Below the pieces are notes generated by a model, which was given only the letters and a program-made list of their open reading frames with translations, had not been told where the DNA came from and made no database searches. Positions 48,729 to 57,284 of a DNA stretch of 64,000 nt are shown here, piece after piece. Each line of letters starts with the position of its first letter. Positions within the stretch are counted from its first letter, which is position 1. The stretch is from an uncultured Spirochaetota bacterium (lineage in GTDB: Bacteria > Spirochaetota > Spirochaetia > SZUA-6 > Fen-1364). The position numbers and the translations under genes were made by a program. The stretch is from assembly GCA_963845535.1 (NCBI GenBank), contig CAWJSK010000015.1, positions 10,013 through 74,012 of the forward strand. Reading direction: 5' to 3'.

Positions 48729-49079
48729 CTACGCTTTCGCGAACTCGTCTGCCGCTTTCAAGAGCGGAGTCAGATACATGAGGGCAGGACCACCGTGCAT
48801 CACCACCGCCATGAATCCGGCGGAAATTATCTGGGCCCGCGTCGCCCCGGCTTCCACCGCGTTCCTGACGTGGAACGCGATGCACCATTCGCACTGGGCC
48901 CCGACAGAGAGACCGACGTTGATCAGCTCTTTCGTTCGCACGTCCAGCCCCTCTCCATCGGTGGCCTTCTGCAGAAAGTTCAGGAAGGCTCCCGTCTCGC
49001 TTGGAAACTCCTTTCTCAGTTTCCCCACCAGAACATTAACCTCATTGAGCCTCTCGCTCATCGTCACATCGCCGTTCAT
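48729..49079 (-). CDS. carboxymuconolactone decarboxylase (AhpD-like) family protein
   Basis: 116 aa with CxxC in GAQCEWCIAFH. Confidence 0.8.
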   Translation of the reverse strand: MNGDVTMSERLNEVNVLVGKLRKEFPSETGAFLNFLQKATDGEGLDVRTKELINVGLSVGAQCEWCIAFHVRNAVEAGATRAQIISAGFMAVVMHGGPALMYLTPLLKAADEFAKA

Positions 49080-49126
49080 ATGATACCTCCGTTCGTCTTT
49101 GTTCTTCCGGCCCTCGATGAGACCTG

Positions 49127-49456
49127 CTACGCAAGGCGAGTCAACCGACCCTCGCGTGCCGCCTCGACCAGCTCAAGAACCGACCCGTTCTCCGCGGTGA
49201 AGAGAATAATCCCCGCCACAGCAAGTCGATTTCGCGCTTCCCCCGAAAGTTTTCCAGTGACAAGCGCTCCGGCTCCCTGGCGAACCAGCCACGCCACTCG
49301 TGCAGCGCCCAGGGGGTCGGGCCAGGAAGCGCCGTCCTGCCCCCACGATTCGAAGCGTCCCTCCTCGCTCACCAGAACAAGCTGGCGGCTTTCTTCGAAA
49401 ATGGGGTCCAGCCACGCTCCCAGACCCGAGCCTTTTGCCGTGACCGCAATCTTCAT
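49127..49456 (-). CDS. NifB/NifX-family (dinitrogenase FeMo-cofactor-binding-like) protein
   Basis: MKIAVTAKGSGLGAWLDPIFEESRQLVLV...GAGALVTGKLSGEARNRLAVAGI. Confidence 0.65.
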   Translation of the reverse strand: MKIAVTAKGSGLGAWLDPIFEESRQLVLVSEEGRFESWGQDGASWPDPLGAARVAWLVRQGAGALVTGKLSGEARNRLAVAGIILFTAENGSVLELVEAAREGRLTRLA

Positions 49457-49543
49457 ATCGCGCACCCGTCCTTTCACCCTGGCTGACAAGCGGCGCGACG
49501 AACCACGCGGTTTCCCGACGACACCGCGGCGCCGCTGTTGACC

Positions 49544-49924
49544 CTACTCTCCCTTCGCGCTTTCCATCTTGGGCGCCTCAACCATCTTTTTAATGGCATC
49601 AGCCGCCTGAGAGGTATCCATATTTCGTATGTCCACCCCGTGAATGTTCTCCTTGCGGAATTCCGCGGACTCCAGCGCGTCACGGAACATCTTTACCTGC
49701 ATCGTCGGATCACAAGCGGCGACGTACAGCTCATCTGTGGATTTCCCCTTGAGCAGCGTTGAGAGGAAGCGATCTCCATCGGTGGCGCACAACTGGGGAT
49801 GAATTGCGATGTAGTCCACCAGTTTCTCACGCCGAATCGAATTGCCCACGTCGAAAATGTTCATCTTCTGGAACGATGGGCAGTTGCCTTGACACACGCA
49901 CAACAGAAGCCCTTTATTTGCCAT
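49544..49924 (-). CDS. hypothetical Cys-motif protein (126 aa)
   Basis: MANKGLLLCVCQGNCPSF... The start lies 1 nt after the stop of the upstream ferredoxin gene. Confidence 0.55.
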   Translation of the reverse strand: MANKGLLLCVCQGNCPSFQKMNIFDVGNSIRREKLVDYIAIHPQLCATDGDRFLSTLLKGKSTDELYVAACDPTMQVKMFRDALESAEFRKENIHGVDIRNMDTSQAADAIKKMVEAPKMESAKGE

Positions 49925-49925
49925 G

Positions 49926-50159
49926 TTACGCTCCTTTCGCGCTTGGCTGGGACACCTTTTCGGTGTCGCCAAAATAGCTGATTGCCTCAGTTGGGCAGAT
50001 CTTCGAGCATCCCCTGCAAAACTCAACGCACGCCTCGGGCTGTGCCACCACCGGATGGTCCTCACCGGCTTGGAAGACCCCGTGGGTGCAGAAATCCAGG
50101 CAAGTATTGCAGTTGGAACAAAGATCCGGGTCGATGATCGGATGCCAGTTTGCAGCCAT
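49926..50159 (-). CDS. 4Fe-4S dicluster ferredoxin (77 aa)
   Basis: CSNCNTCLDFC and CVEFCRGCSKICP. SD AAAGGAGG upstream. Confidence 0.8.
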   Translation of the reverse strand: MAANWHPIIDPDLCSNCNTCLDFCTHGVFQAGEDHPVVAQPEACVEFCRGCSKICPTEAISYFGDTEKVSQPSAKGA

Positions 50160-50180
50160 AAGCTGCCTCCTTTCTAGTGT

Positions 50181-50222
50181 TGGCTTAATGGCAATATTAC
50201 CACTAATTCATTATTTGTCAAG
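50181..50222 (-). promoter_or_regulatory. promoter-operator module copy 2 (upstream of the ferredoxin operon)
   Basis: Minus strand: TTGACA (50216-21), 16 nt, TAATAT within TGGTAATATTGCCA (50189-202), then TTAAGCCA. Confidence 0.6.
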
Positions 50223-50232
50223 TGGCCTGAGC

Positions 50233-50262
50233 TTAAAAGAGCCGGTCGAGGGGACCGGCTCT
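50233..50262 (-). terminator. intrinsic terminator after the CoADR-rhodanese gene
   Basis: Minus strand: GAGCCGGTC-CCCTC-GACCGGCTC followed by TTTTAAG. Confidence 0.7.
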
Positions 50263-50311
50263 TTGCATCCCCTTGGGGAGGGGTGACCGTCAGGGTCTGA
50301 ACAGGCGGTTC

Positions 50312-52039
50312 TTATGAGGCTGCCTGGATTGAATCGTCCCTCAAGATGATGTCATTTTCATAGATGTCCTCATTGGACTGCTTCTGCATCGCCAATTGAT
50401 ATGTCTTATAGCCACCGCTCAGATTCCTGACTCTGGCAAACCCATGCTGCTTGAGAATGCGAAGCGCAATGTACCCGCGCAAACCCACCTGGCAGTAGAC
50501 GTAGAGGTTCTTCTCCTGAGACAATTCAGAAAGGCGGTCGCGCAGGGAATCCACCGGAATGTTGACCGCGCCGGGGATTGAGCCCTGCTGAAACTCATCC
50601 TGCGTGCGGACATCGATAATCACGGAGGTGGCGCTGTCAATCTGCGGGATCTCGTTCCAATGAAAGACCGGGCAGTCGCCTTTCAGGATATTGGCGGCCG
50701 TATAGCCGGCAATGTTGACCGGATCCTTGGCAGAGGAGTACATGGGCGCGTAGGCGAGCTCGAGTCTCTCGAGATCAAACACCGTCAACCGCGAACGCAT
50801 GGCGGTGGATATGACATCGATCCGTTTGTCCACGCCGTCGTAGCCGATGATCTGGGCTCCCAGCACCCTTCCATCAGGCCGGGAAAACAGCAGTTTGACG
50901 GCCATCAGTGTGCCACCAGGATAGTATCCTGCGTGGGACGGGGAGTGGGTAAAGGACTTCTCGTATGATACTCCCATTCGCTTCAGCGCCCCTTCGTTGG
51001 CGCCGGTGGTGGCCACTGTGATATCGAAGACCTGCACGATGGAGGTGCCTTGCGTGCCTTGGTAGGATTCAGTGACGCCGCAGATATTGTTCGCGGCGAT
51101 GCGGCCCTGCTTGTTGGCCGGTCCGGCAAGAGGGATCAGCGCGGCTTCTCCGGAGGTGAAGTCTTCCACCTCAATCGCATCCCCAACGGCGTAAATGTCA
51201 GGATTGGAAGTCCTCAAGTGCTCATCAACTTTGATCCCGCCCCTCGGTCCGAGCACGACTCCCGCCTCACGCGCCAGTTGGACGTCAGGCTTCACGCCGA
51301 CACCGAGCACGGCCAGATCTGCCCGAAGGATTTTTCCGTCCGTAAGCCGGATTTCCAGGAAACCGCGTTTCTCAGAGAACGAGGCAACGGCCTCCTTGAG
51401 GTAGAACTCCACGCCTTTTGTCTTGAGATGCTGATGGACAAGGGCAGCCATGTCAAAATCCAGCGGCGCGATGACATGGTCAGCGAGCTCGACGATTGTT
51501 ACCCGCGTTCCCGTTGCGGCAAGGTTTTCCGCCACTTCAAGACCGATGAACCCCGCCCCGATGACGACCGCACGTTGCGGCTTCTGTTTTTCAACGAGCT
51601 CCTTGATCTTCAGGGTGTCTGGGATCGTACGCAGGGTGAAGATCCTTTCCGAATGGATGCCCGGAAGATTCGGCCGAAAAGGTTCTGCACCTGGCGATAA
51701 AAGAAGCTTGTCATAGCGCTCGATGTACCTGCTCTCCTTCGCATGATCGAAGATTTCCACCTCTTTCCGCTCAGGAATGATGCGGCGGACTTCTGACCGG
51801 AGCCGAACCTTGATGTGGAACCGCTTCCACATGCTTTCGGGGGTCTGCACCAGCAGATCTTTGGTTTCCGGGATAACACCTCCTATGTGATAGGGCAGGC
51901 CGCAGTTTGCATACGAGATGTAGTCCCCCTTTTCGACAATGATGATCTCTGCCCCCTCGTTGATTCTTCTCAGACGAGCTGCTGCCGTTGCGCCGCCGGC
52001 CACGCCACCTACAATGATAACCTTGAGTGCCATATCCAA
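50312..52039 (-). CDS. CoA-disulfide reductase / NADH oxidase-like flavoprotein with C-terminal rhodanese domain
   Basis: GGVAGGATAAARLRR, active-site SYANCGLPYHIGG, and a C-terminal rhodanese loop YCQVGLRG. Confidence 0.85.
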   Translation of the reverse strand: MDMALKVIIVGGVAGGATAAARLRRINEGAEIIIVEKGDYISYANCGLPYHIGGVIPETKDLLVQTPESMWKRFHIKVRLRSEVRRIIPERKEVEIFDHAKESRYIERYDKLLLSPGAEPFRPNLPGIHSERIFTLRTIPDTLKIKELVEKQKPQRAVVIGAGFIGLEVAENLAATGTRVTIVELADHVIAPLDFDMAALVHQHLKTKGVEFYLKEAVASFSEKRGFLEIRLTDGKILRADLAVLGVGVKPDVQLAREAGVVLGPRGGIKVDEHLRTSNPDIYAVGDAIEVEDFTSGEAALIPLAGPANKQGRIAANNICGVTESYQGTQGTSIVQVFDITVATTGANEGALKRMGVSYEKSFTHSPSHAGYYPGGTLMAVKLLFSRPDGRVLGAQIIGYDGVDKRIDVISTAMRSRLTVFDLERLELAYAPMYSSAKDPVNIAGYTAANILKGDCPVFHWNEIPQIDSATSVIIDVRTQDEFQQGSIPGAVNIPVDSLRDRLSELSQEKNLYVYCQVGLRGYIALRILKQHGFARVRNLSGGYKTYQLAMQKQSNEDIYENDIILRDDSIQAAS

Positions 52040-52068
52040 CCTCCAATCCTTTCGTGGATGCTCCTCGC

Positions 52069-52154
52069 GCCTTATTCGCGGACCACGTCAGGGTCCGCTT
52101 CCAGCTTTGCGGCCAGCTCCTTGCGAAGCTGCTCCTTGGGAATGCTTCTGGCCA
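52069..52154. repeat. 86-bp direct repeat, copy A (gene-remnant side of chrA)
   Basis: 84 of 86 nt identical to 53432-53517. It lies within a 32-codon remnant ORF (52072..52170, minus): MNVRDLARSIPKEQLRKELAAKLEADPDVVRE. Confidence 0.9.
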
Positions 52155-52184
52155 GATCGCGAACATTCATAGACAGACAAACCC

Positions 52185-53402
52185 TCATGCCAATCCCAAC
52201 GCCAGCAGGCCGCTCCACAGGGCCAGCCCGCCAAGAAAGACCCACAGAATGTCAATCTTAAACCAGCGCACTGCCGCAAACGCAGCACCCGCCAAAGCCA
52301 GCGAAGCTGGTCCCGTGAGAGCTGCACCGCCAAGCTGTAGCAGCACCACCGCCAGCAGACCGACGAAAGACGCCATGACCCCGGCCAGCGCGCCGCGCAC
52401 TGCTTTCAGATTTCGAATGTGCGCAAAAACCTCGGTGAACAACAGCGTCATGGCAAAGGAGGGCGAAAACATGGCAAAGGTTGCCAACAGACCGCCCAGA
52501 AAGCCGGCCACCTTGTAGCCGATGAACGTGGCGGTAATCAAGAACGGGCCAGGCGTAATCTGCCCCAGGGCAATCCCATCCGCAAATTGGTTGAGCGGCA
52601 TCCAGTGATGAACGTCCACTGTTTCTGCCTGGATAAGCGGGATGATGGCGGAACCGTTTCCGAATGCCACCGAACCGATCTTGAACAACGATAAGGAGAG
52701 CCTGCCCATTTCTGACCTCAGGCTCCATGAAAAAGCGACCACACCTATGATTACCGCTGCCACCGTCGCTATACCCGCCCAGCGCTTTGCTGATGCGTGT
52801 TCGATTTTGGAGAATGGTTTGCGCGCTTCAGCAGTTTTCCCTTTGCCTGTCACCGGGCGAATCAGCAGAGCGCCCAACGCCAGCGCGACCAACACGATCA
52901 AAACCGCATTGAACTTTAGCAGCAAAGAGACAAAGGCCAGCAGCGTGATGACTGCCTGCGTGCGGTTCTGGATGTTGCGCCCACCCATCTCCAGCGTGAC
53001 GTTGAAGAGGATGCCCACAACCAGCGCTTCCAACCCCGAAAAGAGAGGATGCGCCCAGAGTAAATTGCCGGCGGCGAAGTAGAAGGCAGAAAGGACCGAC
53101 ATCAAAACAAAAGAAGGCAGGACAAATCCAGTTGTCGCAAAAACAGCGCCGATCACGCCACGCAGTTTGTAGCCCACATAGGCGGTGAAATCGACCATCA
53201 ACGGGCCGGGATACAGTTGGACCATTGCCAGCCCTTCGTTCATCTCCTCTTCACTCAGCCAGTGATTATCCATCACCAGCGCTTTGAGTTTCTGCAAGAT
53301 AGCCATGCCGAAGGCCGTGAGGCCGACGATGAAGTAGGAGGAAAAAATGGCCCGCAGGGATACGCGCGGACGGGATTCAGGCTTGTCTAATTCAGCAGTC
53401 AT
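52185..53402 (-). CDS. chrA: chromate ion transporter (CHR family)
   Basis: 405 aa with two homologous halves. Motifs FGMAILQKL...LYPGPLMV and FGNGSAIIPL...GQITPGP. Confidence 0.85.
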   Translation of the reverse strand: MTAELDKPESRPRVSLRAIFSSYFIVGLTAFGMAILQKLKALVMDNHWLSEEEMNEGLAMVQLYPGPLMVDFTAYVGYKLRGVIGAVFATTGFVLPSFVLMSVLSAFYFAAGNLLWAHPLFSGLEALVVGILFNVTLEMGGRNIQNRTQAVITLLAFVSLLLKFNAVLIVLVALALGALLIRPVTGKGKTAEARKPFSKIEHASAKRWAGIATVAAVIIGVVAFSWSLRSEMGRLSLSLFKIGSVAFGNGSAIIPLIQAETVDVHHWMPLNQFADGIALGQITPGPFLITATFIGYKVAGFLGGLLATFAMFSPSFAMTLLFTEVFAHIRNLKAVRGALAGVMASFVGLLAVVLLQLGGAALTGPASLALAGAAFAAVRWFKIDILWVFLGGLALWSGLLALGLA

Positions 53403-53431
53403 GTGCAGTTCCTTACCGCGCGCTTGTCAAT

Positions 53432-53517
53432 GCCTTATTCGCGGACCAAGTCAGGGTTCGCTTCCAGCTTTGCGGCCAGCTCCTTGCGAAGCTGCTCCTT
53501 GGGAATGCTTCTGGCCA
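53432..53517. repeat. 86-bp direct repeat, copy B (3' end of the intact ferredoxin-like gene)
   Basis: Covers the last 27 codons plus the stop of 53435..53785 (...ARSIPKEQLRKELAAKLEANPDLVRE). Confidence 0.9.
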
Positions 53518-53785
53518 ACTCCCGCACGTACTGGTCATCGTGAGGAAATGAAATCGCATTCCAGAGGCAACCCACCTGGCAGTTGTTGCATCCCACCATG
53601 CAGTGATCCTGAAAAAGCACCACTGCCTTCTTCTTTTCAGGATCGTACCCAAAAACGTTTCGCTTCTCCCCGCAGGTGACGACGCAAAAGCCACAACCGG
53701 TGCACTTGTCACTGTTGATCACCGGACCCCAACTGATCTTTGCGCGGTCGATTCCATGCCATTTCGAAAAAAAATCATCAGCCAT
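53435..53785 (-). CDS. ferredoxin-like 4Fe-4S protein (116 aa)
   Basis: WHGIDRAKISWGPVINSDKCTGCGFCVVTC...CMVGCNNCQVGC. Confidence 0.75.
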   Translation of the reverse strand: MADDFFSKWHGIDRAKISWGPVINSDKCTGCGFCVVTCGEKRNVFGYDPEKKKAVVLFQDHCMVGCNNCQVGCLWNAISFPHDDQYVRELARSIPKEQLRKELAAKLEANPDLVRE

Positions 53786-53799
53786 TTCCCTACCCTCCT

Positions 53800-54153
53800 T
53801 TATGTGGCGCCGCTTTTGACAACATGATCAGGAAACTTCTCCAGCCGTGCCTGAAGCTCTTTCTTTACCGTTGGCAAGACCTTGAACTTCGACATTGCTT
53901 TCTTCACGAATTTCTCGGGTGCTTCGGGAAAAGTTATCGCTGTCTCGGGGCACACCCTCCCGCATGTCGTGCATCCGACGGCACAATTGCCGGGATTTGC
54001 CACCAGGTAGCGGTCTTGAGACTTTGACCAGGCGAATACGCCGCTGCCGCAACTCAAAAGACACAACCCACAGTTTGTGCATTTCGATTCGTCGATCGTC
54101 GGATGCCAGACAAAGTTTGACCTTCCGACCCCATGCCATTGCTTTTCCGCCAT
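53800..54153 (-). CDS. ferredoxin-like 4Fe-4S protein (117 aa, paralog)
   Basis: WHGVGRSNFVWHPTIDESKCTNCGLCLLSC...CAVGCTTCGRVCP. Confidence 0.75.
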   Translation of the reverse strand: MAEKQWHGVGRSNFVWHPTIDESKCTNCGLCLLSCGSGVFAWSKSQDRYLVANPGNCAVGCTTCGRVCPETAITFPEAPEKFVKKAMSKFKVLPTVKKELQARLEKFPDHVVKSGAT

Positions 54154-54210
54154 CGCGGTTACCTCCGTTCGAGTGGTTTCCGTTCCTTACTTTGATGATT
54201 GAAAGGACGT

Positions 54211-54630
54211 TCAAATCTTGCTGATCTGTCCCGATACAGGAATCGCCAGCCGCAGGGTCGAAACGACCGTGCTGTTTCGCTCGGCAAGGCCGAGCAGCCT
54301 GCGAAGCTTTTCCTCGTCGACGTCGGTCCGGATCCGCATCTCAAAGCGAATCTCGGTGAGAGTCGGAGGCTTGTCCTGACGCACACCAAAGACGTCCACC
54401 TCCACGTCGGACAGACGCACGCGGCTCAGCTCCGCCACCATGCTGAGGCTGCTGGTCAGGCAGGCGCCAACCGCGGAAAGAAGGGTCTCGACGGCGTTGA
54501 AGCCAGCGGAAGCGTCCCCCCTGTGCGCGCCAAGCACCATGGAGAAGTCCCGCACCGTAGCGGCCGTCCGGATTCCGTCCGGCTGCCGTGCGAGGTGTAC
54601 CTGATAATGCTGTGTACCCATGGCTGCCAT
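54211..54630 (-). CDS. OsmC/Ohr family peroxiredoxin-like protein
   Basis: 139 aa: FNAVETLLSAVGACLTSS...STLRL. Confidence 0.75.
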   Translation of the reverse strand: MAAMGTQHYQVHLARQPDGIRTAATVRDFSMVLGAHRGDASAGFNAVETLLSAVGACLTSSLSMVAELSRVRLSDVEVDVFGVRQDKPPTLTEIRFEMRIRTDVDEEKLRRLLGLAERNSTVVSTLRLAIPVSGQISKI

Positions 54631-54641
54631 CTCTATCTTTC

Positions 54642-54755
54642 TGGCTTAGTGGCAATATTGCCATGATAAAGATATTTCGTCAAGAGGCTCTTGTAAAGAT
54701 CGCAGAACCCCCATCACGCTGTCCTGAGTCGTGGCGTAAAGAATGCAGCATCAAG
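54642..54755 (-). promoter_or_regulatory. promoter-operator module copy 3 plus 114-nt repeat R1 (upstream of osmC)
   Basis: Minus strand: TTGACG (54678-83), 17 nt, CAATAT within the perfect palindrome TGGCAATATTGCCA (54650-63). A second dyad is CAAGAGGCTCTTG (54681-93). Conserved upstream blocks are CGACTCAGGA and GATGCTGCATTCTT. Confidence 0.65.
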
Positions 54756-54850
54756 TCTGGGCTCAAGTTGACACCATAATGGTAGCTTCGCGAGCCGTTG
54801 TTCGTAGCGGATTTCCAAAGCCGCATGTCGAAGCGGAAGGTGATTATATA

Positions 54851-55867
54851 TCAACTGACCGTCAACGCAGGAGTTATTCTTGCGCTGAGCTTCCTGCACA
54901 CCTCGTCGATGGCCGCGTCGTTCAGTGCGATCATGTGATCTGCAAGCGCCGTAAGACAGCTAAGATTTTTCCTTCCGGCGTCATCTATCGCCAGCGAGCA
55001 GCCGCCGAGAGCTGCGTTGATGCGGATATAACGGACTCCGCTCATGCGACTGAGCTGATGGCTGACCGCTTCGCTTTGGCCCGCCGACATGATTGCACCG
55101 ATCGGAAACCCTTTCGCCGGATTCACCCACTCCATGTAGCCCCATGAATATATGTCCCGATAGCGGTACCCATGTTGGTGATCTCCGGTGCCAATGGAAA
55201 GGATGAGAAACTCGGATTCCGTAGGGAATATCTTCGTCGACTCCACGTACGCAAGGCCAGACGGATTGTTCGCGAATACCGCTCCGTCGATCAGTGAGAA
55301 TCTGATGTGCGGCGCGCCAACAGGACTGATCCGTGCGGGAGGAAAGTACGTCGGGGCGGCCGCGGACGCACGCGCAACGTCACGCATATAGAAGTCTGGA
55401 TCTGTCAGCCATTCGCCACGCGCGGGACGACGCTTCATGCAGTGCGGCTGCATCGCTTCCGTGTCGAAACTGGTTATGAGCAGGTTCGTCGCCGCGCTCT
55501 TCAGTGAAGCATCTCCGAAGATCTCCCGAAGGAACCGCTCAAACGGTCCAGGCGAGTATTTGTGACGAAATGCCTGCATGACGGCGTGGATCGCGCTGCG
55601 AAACGACGGTGGGAATATCTCAGTACCGCGGCGCGCATACAATTCGACGATTTCCGAAGCTGAGTAGCGCTCCGTTCCGTCTTCTTTGCGCAGTGCAATC
55701 GCAAGCGCGACAAGCGCTCCGCTGGAGGTTCCTGCGATGAGATCGAAGAGCTCTGAAAATGGCCGGCTTTCACCTGCCAGGTCCAGACGGTGACGGATCT
55801 CCTGAAGGACCCGGGCAGGAAGGAGCCCCCGAATGCCTCCCCCGTCGATCGAAAGAATCGTGACCAT
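54851..55867 (-). CDS. patatin-like phospholipase
   Basis: DGGGIRG, GTSSGA (GxSxG), DGAVFANNP. Confidence 0.88.
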   Translation of the reverse strand: MVTILSIDGGGIRGLLPARVLQEIRHRLDLAGESRPFSELFDLIAGTSSGALVALAIALRKEDGTERYSASEIVELYARRGTEIFPPSFRSAIHAVMQAFRHKYSPGPFERFLREIFGDASLKSAATNLLITSFDTEAMQPHCMKRRPARGEWLTDPDFYMRDVARASAAAPTYFPPARISPVGAPHIRFSLIDGAVFANNPSGLAYVESTKIFPTESEFLILSIGTGDHQHGYRYRDIYSWGYMEWVNPAKGFPIGAIMSAGQSEAVSHQLSRMSGVRYIRINAALGGCSLAIDDAGRKNLSCLTALADHMIALNDAAIDEVCRKLSARITPALTVS

Positions 55868-55873
55868 CGCCGG

Positions 55874-56116
55874 CTATTCCTTGAGGCTTACCACTTTGCG
55901 CTGAAAGCATATTTGATGCGCAGTCCCGCGGGTAGCGTTTGGAGTGGAAGTGTTGGTGAAAGTGCCGATGGCCTTCCTGTTTGTTCCCGCAAGATTGTCA
56001 ACCACGAAGTATGCCGCGGGGACAATCACGCCCGCAGCGTACGAAGCCCTTGTGCAGAGCACAATGTCCTGGTTTGCAGAGTTGGAGTCGCTTTCCGGCT
56101 GAGCCTGGAATATCAA
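55874..56116 (-). CDS. hypothetical 80-aa ORF between pfkA and the patatin gene
   Basis: It overlaps the pfkA stop by 4 nt and ends 6 nt before the patatin start. No motif, so the support is positional only. Confidence 0.3.
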   Translation of the reverse strand: MIFQAQPESDSNSANQDIVLCTRASYAAGVIVPAAYFVVDNLAGTNRKAIGTFTNTSTPNATRGTAHQICFQRKVVSLKE

Positions 56117-57081
56117 TCCAGGCTCCTCGCAAGCTCGAGCAAGTGCAGATCGAGCGGTTTCTTGTTTGCGACCACTTCGGAAAGGGGCGTGGGTTTGATT
56201 TCGCCTTTGATCAGGCCAACCAGAACGCCCACTTCGTCTCGTTCCAATTGATCGGTTGCCGCAGCGCCGAGCCGGCTGGCAAGAATCCGATCAAACGCCC
56301 CGGGGTTGCCTCCCCGCTGAACGTGGCCCAATCTTGTCGACCGGAGGTCAAAGCCAAGCCGCTCGTGGTGTTCGGTAAGATAGGCTGCGAGTTTATCTGC
56401 GTTATATTCAGATCCTTCCGCGACCACGATGATCGCATGGGGCTTTCCCTTTTTGTAGGCTGCTTCGATCCGTTCGGCAAGGATCTCGGGATCCGTCTTC
56501 ACTTCAGGGATGACGACAGCCTCGGCGCCGCCCGCGATGGCAGTCATCAACGCCAGATAACCGCAATCTCTGCCCATGACCTCAAGAATGAACGCCCGCT
56601 GGAGCGACGATGCAGTGTTCTTCAATCGGTCGAGAGCCTCCAAGGCTATATTGAGAGCAGTGTCCACTCCGATTGTCATCTCAGAACCGTACAGATCGTT
56701 GTCAATCGTAGAGGCGACGCCCACGACCGGGAAGTCCATTTGGGACAACGCATAGGATCCTGTCTGAGATCCATTACCACCGATGACCACCAACCCTTCG
56801 ATGTCATGTTCGCGCAGAATGCTCACCGCCTTCAGTTGGGCGGCTCTCGTCTTGAAGTCTGGACAGCGAGCACTTCCCAGGACGGTTCCTCCTCTTTGGA
56901 TTATCCCGCCTACTTCGCGTGGACCGAGAGGGACAGCGTTCCCTGAGATCAGCCCTATGAATCCCTGCTCAAACCCGATGACTTCCCAGCCCCTGTTCAG
57001 ACCTGTGCGCACAACAGCACGTATCGCGGCGTTCATGCCAGGCGCATCACCACCACTCGTCAATACCGCTATCCGTTTCAT
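56113..57081 (-). CDS. pfkA: ATP-dependent 6-phosphofructokinase
   Basis: MKRIAVLTSGGDAPGMNAAIR, IGGNGS, EVMGRDCGYLAL. SD GGAGGA upstream. Confidence 0.9.
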   Translation of the reverse strand: MKRIAVLTSGGDAPGMNAAIRAVVRTGLNRGWEVIGFEQGFIGLISGNAVPLGPREVGGIIQRGGTVLGSARCPDFKTRAAQLKAVSILREHDIEGLVVIGGNGSQTGSYALSQMDFPVVGVASTIDNDLYGSEMTIGVDTALNIALEALDRLKNTASSLQRAFILEVMGRDCGYLALMTAIAGGAEAVVIPEVKTDPEILAERIEAAYKKGKPHAIIVVAEGSEYNADKLAAYLTEHHERLGFDLRSTRLGHVQRGGNPGAFDRILASRLGAAATDQLERDEVGVLVGLIKGEIKPTPLSEVVANKKPLDLHLLELARSLD

Positions 57082-57284
57082 AATGACATCCTCCACAGTT
57101 GCGCTGCATGGCGCGGTCTTCTGAAGAATCCATGCATACCCGTCGGATATTGGACTGCCAGCGCGCCAAGCGAAAGCCACCCAGCGGAAATCAGGGCCTT
57201 GGTCTTTCCAATTCCGTCCCGATTCCGTCGGGTTGGCTTGCGACGTGGACCCGATATTCCTTGTATGCCTATAACAGTCACTCT

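Noticed and set aside
54851-55867. Patatin-like phospholipase as a CBASS (CapV-type) defence effector.
   Set aside because: There is no CD-NTase/cyclase, no E1/E2/JAB or HORMA/TRIP13 genes nearby. The gene is co-operonic with pfkA and preceded by the stress operator instead.
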